From Eledone cirrhosa (taxonomy: Eukaryota): 64,000 bases of DNA. Position numbers and translations under genes: made by a program. This document shows positions 29,921-42,208 of the stretch, piece by piece. The stretch's first letter is position 1. The number at the start of each line of letters is the position of its first letter. Under the pieces are notes generated by a model, which worked only from the letters and a program-made list of their open reading frames with translations, had not been told where the DNA came from and ran no database searches. The DNA lies in contig OZ024743.1 in the NCBI GenBank assembly GCA_964016885.1, forward strand, positions 84,692,001-84,756,000, read 5' to 3'.

Positions 29921-31310
29921 TATATGCTATTATATACACACATATATACATACAAACATAATATATACATGTTATTAATACACATGTAATATATACATGT
30001 TATTATATATCCCGATATGTGCAAGGTATGGCGCGGCCCCACTATCAGCAGGGCATGGTGCAGCCAACTGGCCAGACCTCCCTCATAATGGAACCAACCA
30101 GATCCCAAAATACAGTAACAATTCCGATATTGTTTAAGGTGCAGCGTGGCCAGACTTGGCTCATAACAGGACCAATAACATGGATCCACTATGTGTAAGA
30201 GCTGTTATGGTCAACTCATAGTAGGATCACCTGGCTCCCAAACTATGGTTCCGATGTCAACAGGGTACGACGTGGCCAACTGGCCAGATCCTCTTCATAA
30301 CGGTGCCATCCAGTTCCACACTGTAACATGGTTGGTGTTAGGAAGGGTGTCCAGCTGTAAAAGTCCCAGCCAATTACAGTTCCATCTGAGCAAGGTGTGA
30401 CGCGGCCAAGTGACCAGACTTGTCTCATGACGTGGGCAACCCATCTAACCCATGCAAGCATAGAAAAATAGATGTTAAACGTTGATGATGATGATGAATA
30501 TATGGTTATTTGACCATATGTCACAGAGAGACATACTGAAATGGAAAACAGACATAGAATGATGCTGATGGTGATATTATTTTACAGAAAACAAAACAGA
30601 AACAAAAATATTTCTAAATGAATTCTAAGTGTTTTATTATGTTATTAATTTATTTCAGAATATTTTCAATTTAAAAATTGTTCACATTAATACTGGCCTA
30701 ACGTTTACTTTAAAAATATTCTTCAGAAAACTGAAAAAAAAAACGTTGGTGGGAAATATTTCAAGAAATAATTTATAAGTACAAAATTCTTCTTAAGATA
30801 AAGAAAATGATATTTCATTTGTTTAGAGAAAAGTCTATATAAAGACACTCAGAGAAAAGAGGAAATATTAACTCAGTGATTTTATAATAAATAATAAATA
30901 TTAGTTTATTATCTAATAAAAAGAAAAATGTATTTAACAGAGAGAGATGTAGCAAATAAATGCAATCTAAGGGTTATATTATACTATGCTTTGTCCCCAT
31001 AACCTGACAATGCCGACAAAATTCTGAAATATAATCAAATTAATTTCTTTTAAAAGAAAAATTCTGCAAATTGGAAGTGAAAATTTTGGGTATAAATCTT
31101 GAGTTATGGAAATGGCAATTTCATTCCAATGTCATGTGATGGTGAAGATAAAAAAAAGAAAGAAAAGGGAAATATATATATATAAAAAAAAAACAAAAAA
31201 AAAAAAATCTTGACATCCCGAGTGAGTTGCAATGTTAACCAGGTGTTGAACTGTTGTTGCAAGAGTAGCCATTGGATGTACAGTAAATATAGGTAGCGAG
31301 CTTGTTTATA

Positions 31311-31377
31311 TCAACTGTTAGCTGAGGACAAAGCTATGAGCTCAACATCAAAGATTAATGTTGCATTGGATGGAATA
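31311..31377 (-). CDS. FKBP12: FKBP12-type peptidyl-prolyl isomerase, exon 6 (last coding exon)
   Basis: (V)IPSNATLIFDVELIALSSANS*. It is preceded by an AC 3' splice site and a U12 branch point. Confidence 0.9.
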
Positions 31378-31668
31378 GTGAGATGGGAGTTAAAGAAAAT
31401 ACATAGAATGATATGGAATAATATGACACAACAATAGGAGCATAGAGACACCCATATATATATATATACACATACACCCATATATACATATATAGAAAGA
31501 GAAAGAGAGGGAGAGAAACATACATACACACATATATACTTACAAGATTACACATATACAGACAACTACACATACATATGCATAAATATACATACATAAC
31601 TGCACATACAGACATAAATGTATATATATGCATATATATATGCACAAATATATATACACACACATACA

Positions 31669-32580
31669 TACGAGGTTTGTCCTAAAAATAAGGGTACTGA
31701 TTTTCCTATGTATGACATGGTAACACAGCACCTCAATGTATATAGGCATGTTGGTTATGATCTTGGCTGCATATATATACTTGTTTTAATATGGTCAATT
31801 GAGTCAGTCAAGTTATTGCTGTTTATGAACAGACACGTTTATAATTTTTGTTATGTTTGCGATGCAGGAAAATAACTATGTGATCAAATTTTGTATGAAA
31901 CTCAACAAATCTTCCACCGAAACCCTTAATTTTTTAACACAAGCTTATAGCGATGCCACTCTATCAAGTGTTTTAAGTGGCACAGAGCTGTCTAAGGGGG
32001 CCCAGAAAAAGTTGAAGACAAAGCTCATTCTGAAAGGCCAATGTCATCAACAAATTAACAAAATGAGGAAGTGGTGCTTGCTGTGATGTTGAAACGTCAT
32101 CAATTAAGTGTTAGGATGATTGAAGAAACAGGCTTGGATAAAAATGTAGTTCAGAGAATTTTAACATACTATTTGCGCATGTGAAAAATGTGTGCAAAAT
32201 TATTCCCCAAACACTTGTCTCTAAGCACAAAGCGAACCATTTGGAAATCTGTCAGGATTTGCTAGAAAGACTTGAAATTGAACCGAATTCCTTAAATAAA
32301 GCAATAACAGGAGATGAATAATGAGTGTTCAAGTATGATCCAGAGAAAAAACGAAAAATTTTCCTCGTTCAAAGAAAGCACGCCTGAACAGATCCAAGGT
32401 GAAAACAATGATTATCATTTTTTTCGATAGCCAAGGTACTGTTCACGAAAAAGTTTTACCTCCAGGACAGACAGTTAATAACCCCTTCTACAAAGAAGTA
32501 TTCAAACAACTTCAAAAACTGGTCCAATGAGTCCAAAAGGACATTGCAGGAGATTGGGTACTGCACCACTATAACACGCC
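31669..32580 (+). mobile_element. Decayed mariner transposon (5' TIR and partial transposase)
   Basis: tacgaggtttgtcc TIR-like start, then remnants IKFCMKLNKS.TET, ITGDE, YDPE, IIFFDSQG, LPPGQTVN and LHH.N.P. The 3' end is truncated. Confidence 0.85.
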
Positions 32581-32829
32581 ATATGCAAAGTCTGGGGTGC
32601 AAATCAATTATATATATAGATAGATAGATAGATAGACATGCTTTTAAGCCAATAAAGGAGCAATCACTCACCATGCAATACCTATCAAATCACAGCCTAC
32701 TATCTTTACATTGGATAATGTAGTCTTAGATACACTGTACCAAAATAAAAGATAAGATGATCACAGTTGGAACATCTTTGATCTTATGTCTTCTGAACAA
32801 TACATACAGATAGTAGTTGTGATAAATAC

Positions 32830-33345
32830 GGCTAGGTAGGTCTACCTGTGCAGGTGTGTCAGGTCAGTGTACCTATATGGATGTATCTAAATTGGTCTAT
32901 CTGTACAGACGTATCAAGGATAGACTACCTGTACAACAGACGTATCTAGGTCAAACTACCTGTACATGTGTGTCTAGGTCAGTCTAACTGTACATATGTG
33001 TCTAGGTCAGTCTAACTGTACAGGTGTGTCTAGGTCGGCTTAGCTGTACAGGTGTGTCTTAGTCAGTCTAGCTGTACAGGTGTGTCTTAGTCAGTCTAGC
33101 TGTACAGGTGTGTCTTGGTCAGTCTAGCTGTACAGGTGTGTCTAGGTCAGTCTAACTGTACAGGTGTGTCTAGGTCGGCTTAGCTGTACAGGTGTGTCAT
33201 GGTCAGTCTAGCTGTACAGGTGTGTCTTGGTCAGTCTAGCTGTACAGGTGTGTCTTAGTCAGTCTAGCTGTACCGGTGTGGACCTAGGTCAGTCTAGCTG
33301 TATAGCTGTGTCGTGGTCGGCCTCCCTGTGCAGGTGTGTCAAGGT
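32830..33345. repeat. 28-bp minisatellite (ggtcagtctagctgtacaggtgtgtcta)
   Basis: About 14 or more tandem copies inside the U12 intron. Confidence 0.9.
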
Positions 33346-33498
33346 CACTACAGTTTGTCATAGCAACATAATTTATCGACCAATGGAGAATATAAATATG
33401 TAGAATGTTATAATTCCTCAAACTAATCAATCACTCTACTATAATGAACTTGTTATAATTAACGTAAAGTGTTCACCTGTGACATTTCAAAAGGATAT

Positions 33499-33572
33499 AC
33501 TCCAGGATAACCCCTTGGACCATATGCAAAGTCTGGGGTGCAAATCAATTTTGACCTTTCACCGACACTCAT
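33499..33572 (-). CDS. FKBP12: FKBP12-type gene exon 5
   Basis: ttag|[24 protein letters not shown]+GT|ATATCCTTT, 74 nt. Confidence 0.92.
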
Positions 33573-34299
33573 CTAAAATGGACAGGAAACAAACAAAAAA
33601 AAATGAGAGAAAATAACAACAATGAAATATGACAATTACCTAATCTTCTATGGAACATACATTGAATGAATTTATAGCTAATATAGCAAGTTAAATTAAA
33701 GTCTATCCTAAGCCTGGACACTCATTAGGCTGGAGCTTATCACAGTTTCATTGGTGTTAAGTGACAGTACAAAACTCCCTCCTGGAGGAGATGCCAGTCC
33801 ATCACAGAATTAAAGTCTGCTCCAAGTTCATCAGCTAGCTTCATTGGTGTTAAGCAACAGAAACTACTAGGTGGGATATCCATCACAAGTTTAGCCCCAG
33901 CTGTTGCCAGTACTCATTCTAAGCAGAGTTAACTGGAGTAACATGAAATAAAGTGTTTTCTTTAGCACAACACAACACTGCCCAGTTCAGGAAGTGAACC
34001 CACAACTTTATAATCGTGAGTCAAACAATCTAACCACATAGCCATGTATCTTCACAATAAAGCAATTGTGAAATATCTGATGTAAATAGAGAATAAAAAC
34101 AGCTTCTATTCAGTACATAATCCCCCGTTGTTCAAACTTCTGTACAACACACGTTTTTGTTCTATCTCTGCTTATAATAATATATCTTCTATAAGACATA
34201 TAATACAAGTGAAGTTTTATATACTAATAGGTGAACTTATCTGTGGCACATGTAAATACACCAATTTGTATGATTGTTCATATATCCAGTGACAACAAA

Positions 34300-34572
34300 G
34301 AATGGATGAGCTGTGCAAAAAGCTGGGTTTAAGAGAAGACAGATGTAGTGTGCAGGTGAGAAAACTGTGCTGAAAAAGTACTACATCCCAGTGGAAAGAA
34401 GCTTCAGTAAAGGGAGGCCAAGGAAAACCTGGGCAGATGTGAGAGCTGATCTCAAAATCAGTGAAGCTCATAGAAAAGATGACGAAGGACTGCAACAAGT
34501 AGAGAGATGTGCAGGAAATGATCTGTCCAATCCATGTAAGCATGGAACAGTGGATATAGAAAGGATTATCAT
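34300..34572 (+). mobile_element. RTE LINE 3' remnant
   Basis: GRPRKTWA and the family tail. Confidence 0.6.
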
Positions 34573-35083
34573 TTGCAACTCAAATCGCTTCACAATTTTC
34601 AAAGGAACATTAGATAATGCTATGAACAGTATTGAAATAACATTTTTCAGTCTCTTTGAAATAATGTTTCTTTAAATCCAGGATAATGGTATTATTTCAA
34701 AGAGATTGAAATGATTTAAAGAAATGTTATTTCAATAATGGTTATTACATTATCTAATGTTTTAAAAACAGAATAAAGTGGTTTGAAGAAATGTTATTTC
34801 AATCCAGAATTATAAAGAAACTTTATTTCAGCAAAACTACCATAAAAAATCTCTATGAAGTCATTTGACCAGCTAGAATTAGTAGCCAAATTTCCTTTAC
34901 CCCACCATCTGAAAATCATATAACATAATTTTATTTATAATTATGTGGTCAGGACTGAGCTGAACTTAAACAACAATAATTCAATTTTAATCAACGTAAT
35001 ATTTCTAAAGACTTTAAATTTATTCATATAAAAAACATCAATAAAAAAAACATTGAAAAATAAAAACAGGAAATATTACTCAC

Positions 35084-35106
35084 CTGGGTGATACCTTCAT
35101 CCCAAC
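35084..35106 (-). CDS. FKBP12: FKBP12-type gene exon 4 (23-nt micro-exon)
   Basis: ttag|GT TGG GAT GAA GGT ATC ACC CAG|GTGAGT = (G)WDEGITQ. It supplies the conserved GW.EG motif and the phases fit both neighbouring exons. Confidence 0.92.
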
Positions 35107-35199
35107 CTAAAGGAGAAATATTATATATGTGAGTATATATATGTATATGTGTGGGTGTGTGTAAGACAATAAGAAAAATAAATATGCATTCAACCTTGA

Positions 35200-36385
35200 T
35201 GTGCTCAGTTCAGCAGCGCCTAGAAAAAAGGACAGAAACCCGTGTCAGACTTTCCATTAGCAAGTCTCACCTCGCTCCTGGAATTCTCTATCAACACATT
35301 CTTCAGGTATAAAAACACCACCTACTGGCAAGCTAGTGGCCTTCCAGTGAGATACCGACTCAGCGGAACCCTGACAACCCTAACAATGTATAGTCCGGAT
35401 AGAAGAGCACTATACTCCAGACAACACATCCCATTGTACCTGAGATACATAGATGACATAGTAATGCCAACTCATTCCAAGGATGAGGTGGAGGAAATAT
35501 ATAAAATATTTAATGAACTACACAACACCAAGTTCAACATTGAACATCCAACAGCCGATATTTCCCTAAATCTGCTTGATTTTACTCTATCCCTAGCTTT
35601 AGGAAAGGCCAACATCAACTTCTATAAGAAAGAAGCCACGAGAGATGTCTTTCTCCACCCAGGATCAGCATATCCACAAAGCCTAAAACACGACATTGCC
35701 AAGAACAAACTTATACGATGCACAGACAGATGAAACATGGCCACACCAGTAAGATGTATGCTAAACAACTTTCGAAAACTGTTGTTAAAGAGAGGCTACA
35801 AACAACGCTTTGTCAGAAACATTGCCGAGAGTATAAGAGAACACAGACACAGACACTACAGACCACACACAAACCTTAGCCACCTCCCTTAGTCCTAATA
35901 GCAACCACAACGACGAAAGACAACACCAACAAGAAGAAAGAAAAGGAGAGAAAGAAATGATAAAACAAAAACAAAGATAAAACTTGGGTCTACATTAATC
36001 TGCCGTACCAAGGTAACGAACAGAAAATCGTCTTAGAAACTGTGTTAGAAGATCAGGCTTCCCAGTGTAACAAGTCATGGAAGGATGTTGAGGCAACACC
36101 TCATACAGAGTATCAAGGACACTCGCTGCCTTCAAAGATGCCGTCAGAGAATACACAGGAATTAACAACAATAATACAAAACCAATAGGTCTGAGACACC
36201 ATGTAGCATATGAGCTGAACTGTGCATCAGTTCCAAGAAACGTCAACTGCATAACAGAATACTCGAACATTTTGAAAAAACAATGTGCTGTGTTTCAACA
36301 CAAACAAATATGTGGAAGAATAACCACAAAAATACTTCCAAGTGCTTACTCTAAACCATTGGAGTGACCTGAACACATGGAAACA
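35200..36385 (+). mobile_element. Decayed Penelope-like retroelement (RT plus GIY-YIG endonuclease remnant), antisense in an FKBP intron
   Basis: RT motifs YWQASGLPV..LS, YLRYIDDI, LNLLDFTL and FYKK. Downstream remnants LPY.G, VAYELNC, KRQLHNRILEH and AVFQH are typical of the PLE GIY-YIG domain. Confidence 0.8.
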
Positions 36386-36711
36386 CATATACATATACAC
36401 ATATATAAAGTTATATCTGTATATATACAGAGTGTGTAACCGAGACTACACCAATGTGTATACAAATATACACATATTTAATACATAGGCATGTCAGAAA
36501 ATACGAATTTCTTTGTAAATTGAAAAAAATGATAAACACCTTTAATCGATTTTCAAACCTAATGGGACCCTTATCGGAAGGCATGTATATCATCCAAACA
36601 ACCACAAGAAAACATATATTTAGTGGGCTTATATACCCATTCGTTCATATTATAGTGACGGCGATGAATTTGTTTTGCAAGATTTTTTATAAGAAATCGT
36701 GTGTTGAAACA

Positions 36712-37158
36712 AATATTGTTATATTTGGGGAGGGTCATAATATTGCCAGAAATATATAAAAAAACATATTCACTGTTTGGTTTGGGTTGGTTTTCGCTTC
36801 AGTATATTTTATATTTCTATAATTAATTCAGCTTGCAATCAATGTATATCATTGATTGACCAACAGTTAAAAATATAGATATAAATATCTATATAGATTT
36901 TAAAAAAACATTACAACAAGAGGAAATATAATAATATCACTGATGATAACACAGGTATGTGATGAAAGAACTCCGAGAAACTATATTTATATCTATATAT
37001 TTAACTGTTGGTCAACCAATGATAAACATTGATTGCCAGCTGAATTAATTATAGAAATATAAAATATACTGAAGCGAAAACCAACCCAAACCAAACAGTG
37101 TTTTGTCATATACTTCTGACAATATCATAACATGACCCTCCCTAAATATAATCATATT
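36712..37158. mobile_element. Fold-back element, family B (arms about 36712-36888 / 36982-37158)
   Basis: About 175-bp imperfect inverted repeat. The loop carries CTGATGA..GAAAGAACTC. The end ggagggtcat..ggttttc(g/a)cttca is shared with 43325. Confidence 0.65.
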
Positions 37159-37280
37159 AGAGGAATTATTCTGAAATGGATGCACTAATTTGCAAATAAT
37201 TAGCGTTCGTGTTTGTAATTAATTAAGAAGCCAAAGTGTATGATAAAGTTATATATATTATATTAATCAACAGTACTTAC

Positions 37281-37370
37281 CTCTAATGACAAAACCTGCC
37301 CCAACTTTAAACGTAAATGGTTTGCCACGCTCTCGAGAAGAATCAAATTTAGTTCCATCTTCGAGGGTTG
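37281..37370 (-). CDS. FKBP12: FKBP12-type gene exon 3
   Basis: cag|(A)[29 protein letters not shown](G)|GTAAGT, 90 nt. Confidence 0.95.
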
Positions 37371-37629
37371 CTGAGAGAAGAATGGTTAATCATTTAAACC
37401 AGATTATTTAGATAATAAAACACTTAGGAAAGGCATCAACATCACACAATCCCATCTACATTTCCTGTTTTTATAAGAAATATTAAAAAATGTTTCATTA
37501 ACCAATAACTTGTGAATGTAATTTGATGGAATCTGTGTAGTTCATCCTAGAATGACGGAACAAGTCATTTGTAAGTCAGGTAGACTGGAAGTTGATGAGT
37601 TATCTCCCTTGCTGTGGGACATTGTAGTA

Positions 37630-37840
37630 TGACAACAGATGGCCAAGTAGTCAAAATAGATCAGCTACAACAAAGGACCATGTAGTCAACAGATCAGCCA
37701 CAACAGATGACCATGTGGTCAACAGACCAGCCACAACAGATGACCATATGGTCAACTGACCAGCCACAACAGATGACTATGTGGTCAACTCACGAGCCAC
37801 AACAGATGACCATGTGGTCAACAGACCAGCCAAAATAGCC
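37630..37840. repeat. 33-bp minisatellite (caacagatgaccatgtggtcaacagaccagcca)
   Basis: About 6 tandem copies. Confidence 0.85.
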
Positions 37841-39359
37841 AAGTACATTAACCTTACAGCCATCGACTATATACTTTTATATCTAAAAGCTCCTGTCCTC
37901 ATACCACCTCCCTACTCAATTCATTTTACATTTTTTTAAATATATTACTCTGAGTGAGACAAAATACTTTCCAGCTCAAATCACACTGTGTCCTACTGAT
38001 ATGGTAGACTTAATCTGCCATGCAGTATAATACCACGGATCTTTAACAGAATTCATTGTTGCAAACATTTGGACCAGCTCTCCAGTTTGGGAGTACCTTC
38101 CTCACACCCTCCTACTAGCTTCGGAGACACTGAAAAAGGTCAAGAGCAGTCTTTCTCTACCTCACTAAGTTACAGCAAGAACTGAAGTCATTGAATCTAT
38201 AAATGATCAGAGCAGTGACACTCCTAGATAAATATGGGTCATTTAAATAGAAATTGAAACTTATATCACACTGGCATTACATTGTCATAAGAGAAATATC
38301 TGGTTTACTGAATAATAAGAAAAGAGTATACAACTTATGAGAACATGAACTGAATAGAAATGTCACCTGTCATGTTTAACTCTTTCAATTAGCATATTTC
38401 CAATGAAAGAGACACTGCTGATGATTAAGAATTTAGAGAGATTTAGTTTCTCATTATTAAGTTGGTGTTTGGAACATAACATTGTGATGGAAAGTTTTTA
38501 GAAAAATATAAACACTTTAAACCCTTTTGTAACCATATTTTCAATGAAAGACACTGCCTATGATTTTCAGATAATTTTGAAAATAATTAAGGAGATATAT
38601 GAATATTACTAACTTTCTCATTATTAAGCTGTTGTTTGGAGTATAACAACAGATGTTCTTGCACTAAATTATGACAGAAGATTTTTAAATAAACACATTT
38701 GTATGACAGAACCAGGGTCAGTTTCAGGCAGTATCAAAAGGTTATATATATACTCATGTAGTACCAAACAACCATTTAATTTTTCTTAAACCACTGTAGT
38801 GACCTACATTCCGAGGGCTCATGGATACATTCTCCGTACATTGTTTGGCTCAGTTCAGCCAATCACTACCAGCGTAGGAGAATGTATCTCGACTTCTGCC
38901 CAGAGAGGGGGATTCCCGCAGCGATTCGAAACTCTCTCTCTTGCAGCTCAACACCATGAAGGTAAACATCTCTTACTTTCGTTCCTCAAGCATAGACAAT
39001 ATGAAGCAACAGATATCACTACGGGTCTGGTTAAAGCCTCAGCCAGTTGACCGTACCTTCTTAAACTCTTAATTAATAATTTCTCTTGGCATGCCATTTA
39101 AACCTTTATAACCTTTTTATTGATAACATTAACTATCCTCTCAAGAGACATTCTTCTAACCTTTGTAATCTAAATAAATTATATATAAACAATTATAAAG
39201 TCGTAAGATGCTATTTTCCACAACATTGCTTTTAACATCTTCAATGGTGACTTCTGTGATACAATACACAAATACACATTCTCAAAACAAACAACTACTA
39301 AATAACATCTTCTAAACCACAAACCAAAATTTACTGGCAAAAAATAAGAATGAACTTAC

Positions 39360-39407
39360 CAACATAATGGACGGTAGCTTTTTGTCCTTTTTTGGGGTAA
39401 GTTTCAC
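39360..39407 (-). CDS. FKBP12: FKBP12-type gene exon 2
   Basis: tag|(C)ETYPKKGQKATVHYV+G|GTAAGT, 48 nt. Confidence 0.95.
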
Positions 39408-39479
39408 CTAAAAAAAAACATAATATATGAAATCATACATAGAAATAAAGACGTGTAAACAATGTGTGTGTGCGTGCAC

Positions 39480-39815
39480 GTATGTATGGACCTGTAACTC
39501 CTGATGGAGTTATAGGGGCGAGGTGGTGAAATACGTCGTGTCTTGGGCACTCTAAACCTGGCGGAGCCCGTCTCCTCCCAAGGTCTGAACATAGCTGATT
39601 TCTTCCAGAGAAGGTGAGAAGGAAAGAGAGGGGTGAGAAAAAGATACAGAAGAACTGACCGCATTACTGGACGTGTTTGTTTGTTTGTTTTATCGACTTC
39701 GAAAGGATGAAAGGTAAAATTGACTTCAGCAGGATTTGATTGCAGGGAGCAGATTACCAGAACGAATACCGCAGAGCATTCTATCTGGTGTTCTAACGAC
39801 TCTGCCAATTCGCCA
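39480..39815 (-). mobile_element. MetaSINE-like SINE, long-tail subfamily
   Basis: Reverse-complement homologue of 2772-3095. Confidence 0.7.
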
Positions 39816-40199
39816 CTCTCAATGGTGGTGGTAGTTGTGTTGATATTAGTGATAGGAGCAATGATAATGTTGGTAGTAGTAGTAGTGTTGATGGCGGCCG
39901 GCATAATTTATTGCAGTCACAGCGAGGGAGGAATGAAAATACTGTTGCTGCCAGTAAGGTTTGAACTGAGAATGAACAGGAACGAAAGTAATAACTATAA
40001 TAATGTATTTAGTTGAACAACGATCTTACTGCCTGGGCCACCTAACAACAATAACAATAATAAAGACGATTTCTAACACTGTCTTTAGAAGGATAGAACA
40101 GTAATGCATATATCTGATATCTACCCCCAACAAGTACTCAGTACTTCACTGGCACTTAATTTATACTGACCATGGGAAAATTAAATGTTAAGTGAGCCT

Positions 40200-40410
40200 C
40201 ACCAGTTTCTGGTACAAGACCAGCAAATTTTTTCTGGGGTGTGATAAAGTCGATTAAATTAACCTCATCTACTTGACTGGTACTTTATTCAATCGACTCA
40301 AAAAATATCAAAGGCAAAGTTGTCCTCGATGTGATTTGAAACCAGAACGTAAAGAGCCGGAGTTAGATGCCGCAAAGCATTTTGTCCGATGTTCTAATGA
40401 TTCTGCCAAT
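40200..40410 (-). mobile_element. MetaSINE-like SINE
   Basis: Reverse-complement homologue of 6611-6795 (actggtactttatt..aaggcaaagtt). Confidence 0.65.
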
Positions 40411-40582
40411 CAATCGCTCGATAAGTAATAAATAATCGAAATAAATTCTTACGAAAAGTAAAAGATAGAATTTTATCTTCAATTTTTTTTTTAGGAGAGG
40501 AGGAGGATTTAAGCAATGTAGGTGAGGAATATTTTTTGTCTAGCAGAGACTGGGAGGTTGATTCATTGAATGCTACTATCTC

Positions 40583-40614
<32 letters not shown>

Positions 40615-41008
40615 CAGAGAGAGAGAGAGGAAAGAAATGACTTTTTTTATCATCTTAAAGTATGTATATTTTCCTGAATATTATTTTCTCTTTATATATA
40701 TGTACAAAATACTGTTTCTCAAACGATATATGACTCTTTCTCTCTCTGTATATATATATATATATTTTTTTTATATATATAATAGATAGATAGCTAGATA
40801 ACCATGCGGTTGACTTAAGAAGCAGTGGGAAGGTTTGAAATGTAATTGCCCCAAATGCAAATGAACATAGTAATAGTCGCTCACTCTAAATAATAGTTGA
40901 AAAATCGGGTAGAAGCACCTTAGGAGATGTGAAAAAGTGTGTGTAACAACAACAATGAAGAGAAGAAATATAATAACAAGACAGATTCATAGTTTTTTTT
41001 TCACTTAC

Positions 41009-41045
41009 AGTCGCCGTCACGGACTTTCTCAATTCTAACACCCAT
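41009..41045 (-). CDS. FKBP12: FKBP12-type gene exon 1 (start codon)
   Basis: ATG GGT GTT AGA ATT GAG AAA GTC CGT GAC GGC GAC T|GTAAGT (MGVRIEKVRDGD). The six exons total 339 nt, giving 112 aa plus stop. Confidence 0.92.
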
Positions 41046-41894
41046 ATTATTCACACAGAAATATTGGTCAAGATATCACTTAGTAGATTGCTTTTTGCTT
41101 CTTGAGAGTCCTGTTCAAAATTTGGTTAAATAGAGCAGAAGGTAGCAGCAATCAGGGCCCCGGGAGGTTGAGGTTTCGATCCTTGATACACACCAAACAT
41201 CAACTGAAGGAAGAAGGGTGGTGATCCCAGTGCTGAGTGCGCAGCTGCGACAATTTCTAGAATCTCAAGCCCCATCTCATACTACCAGTTTTTTTTTTAG
41301 ATGGAAGTTGGTCACGTGCTTGTTAAATATCCAATCATGGTGCCAATAGTTACACACACACTTTCTGTATATCTGTCTGTCAGTTGCTCTCTCTCTCTCT
41401 CCCTCCCCAACTATCTCTCTGTATATGTCAGTCCTTCCTTCTATCTCTCTATATATCTGTCAGTCTCTCTCTTTCCCCAACTATCTCTCTGTATATGTCA
41501 GTCCTTCCTTCTATCTCTCTGTCTCTCTCTCAATCTCTCTCTCTCTCTGTATATCAGTCACTCTCTATCTCTCTCTCTCTTTCCCTCTTTCTCTTATGCT
41601 GCCACAATATCACATTCTTCTCTTTCCCCAGTTTCACAAGTAATTTTGTTATTTCATAATTCAAGTCAGTCTCACATCCCTCTAACTACTACTTCTGTGC
41701 ATATTTCTGGAATAACTGGTAGAGCGTCGGACAAAATACTTTGTGTTATTTTTTTCTGTCTTTACATCCTGTTGAGGTTAACTTCACCGTTCAATAAAAT
41801 AAAGTAACAGTCAAGTTTTGGTTGATTTAATCAACATCTCTCCTCAAATTACTAACCTTGTGCCTAAATTAGAAACAATTTCGTGTTGTAGTAA

Positions 41895-42208
41895 ATAAAA
41901 TGTATGGTAAGGTACTCCTGGGGGAGTCGTTGGGGCGCCGTATTGGCATGCGGCATTTCTAGGGCATCTTTAAACCTGACCGGAGCCCAGTCCTCTCCAG
42001 GTCTGATTACAGCAGATTTTGAGAGATAGGAAGTGAGAAAGATAGAGGGAAAATCGACCTGAGTACTATACTGGTACTATTTTTTTTGTATTGACCTTGA
42101 ATGGGTGAAAGGCAAAGTTTATCTGGACGCGATTTAAACTCAGAGAGCTGGACTGAATACCACAAAGTACTCTACCCAGCATTCTAACAATTCTGCCAAT
42201 TCGCCGCC
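41895..42208 (-). mobile_element. MetaSINE-like SINE, long-tail subfamily
   Basis: Homologous to 39480-39815. Confidence 0.65.

Larger units (their letters stand above)
31378..33498 (-). other. U12-type (minor spliceosome) AT-AC intron of the FKBP gene
   Basis: 5' splice site ATATCCTTT at 33498, branch site TTCTTTAAC at 31397-31389, and 3' end CAC| at 31378. Splicing restores YPGVIPSNATLIFDVEL. Confidence 0.92.

Noticed and set aside
33470-33498. GT-AG donor CAG|GTGAAC extending FKBP exon 5 (YPFEMSQ)
   Set aside because: It breaks the conserved FKBP C-terminus and no AG acceptor precedes exon 6. The U12 sites fit exactly. It could at most be a minor cryptic site.
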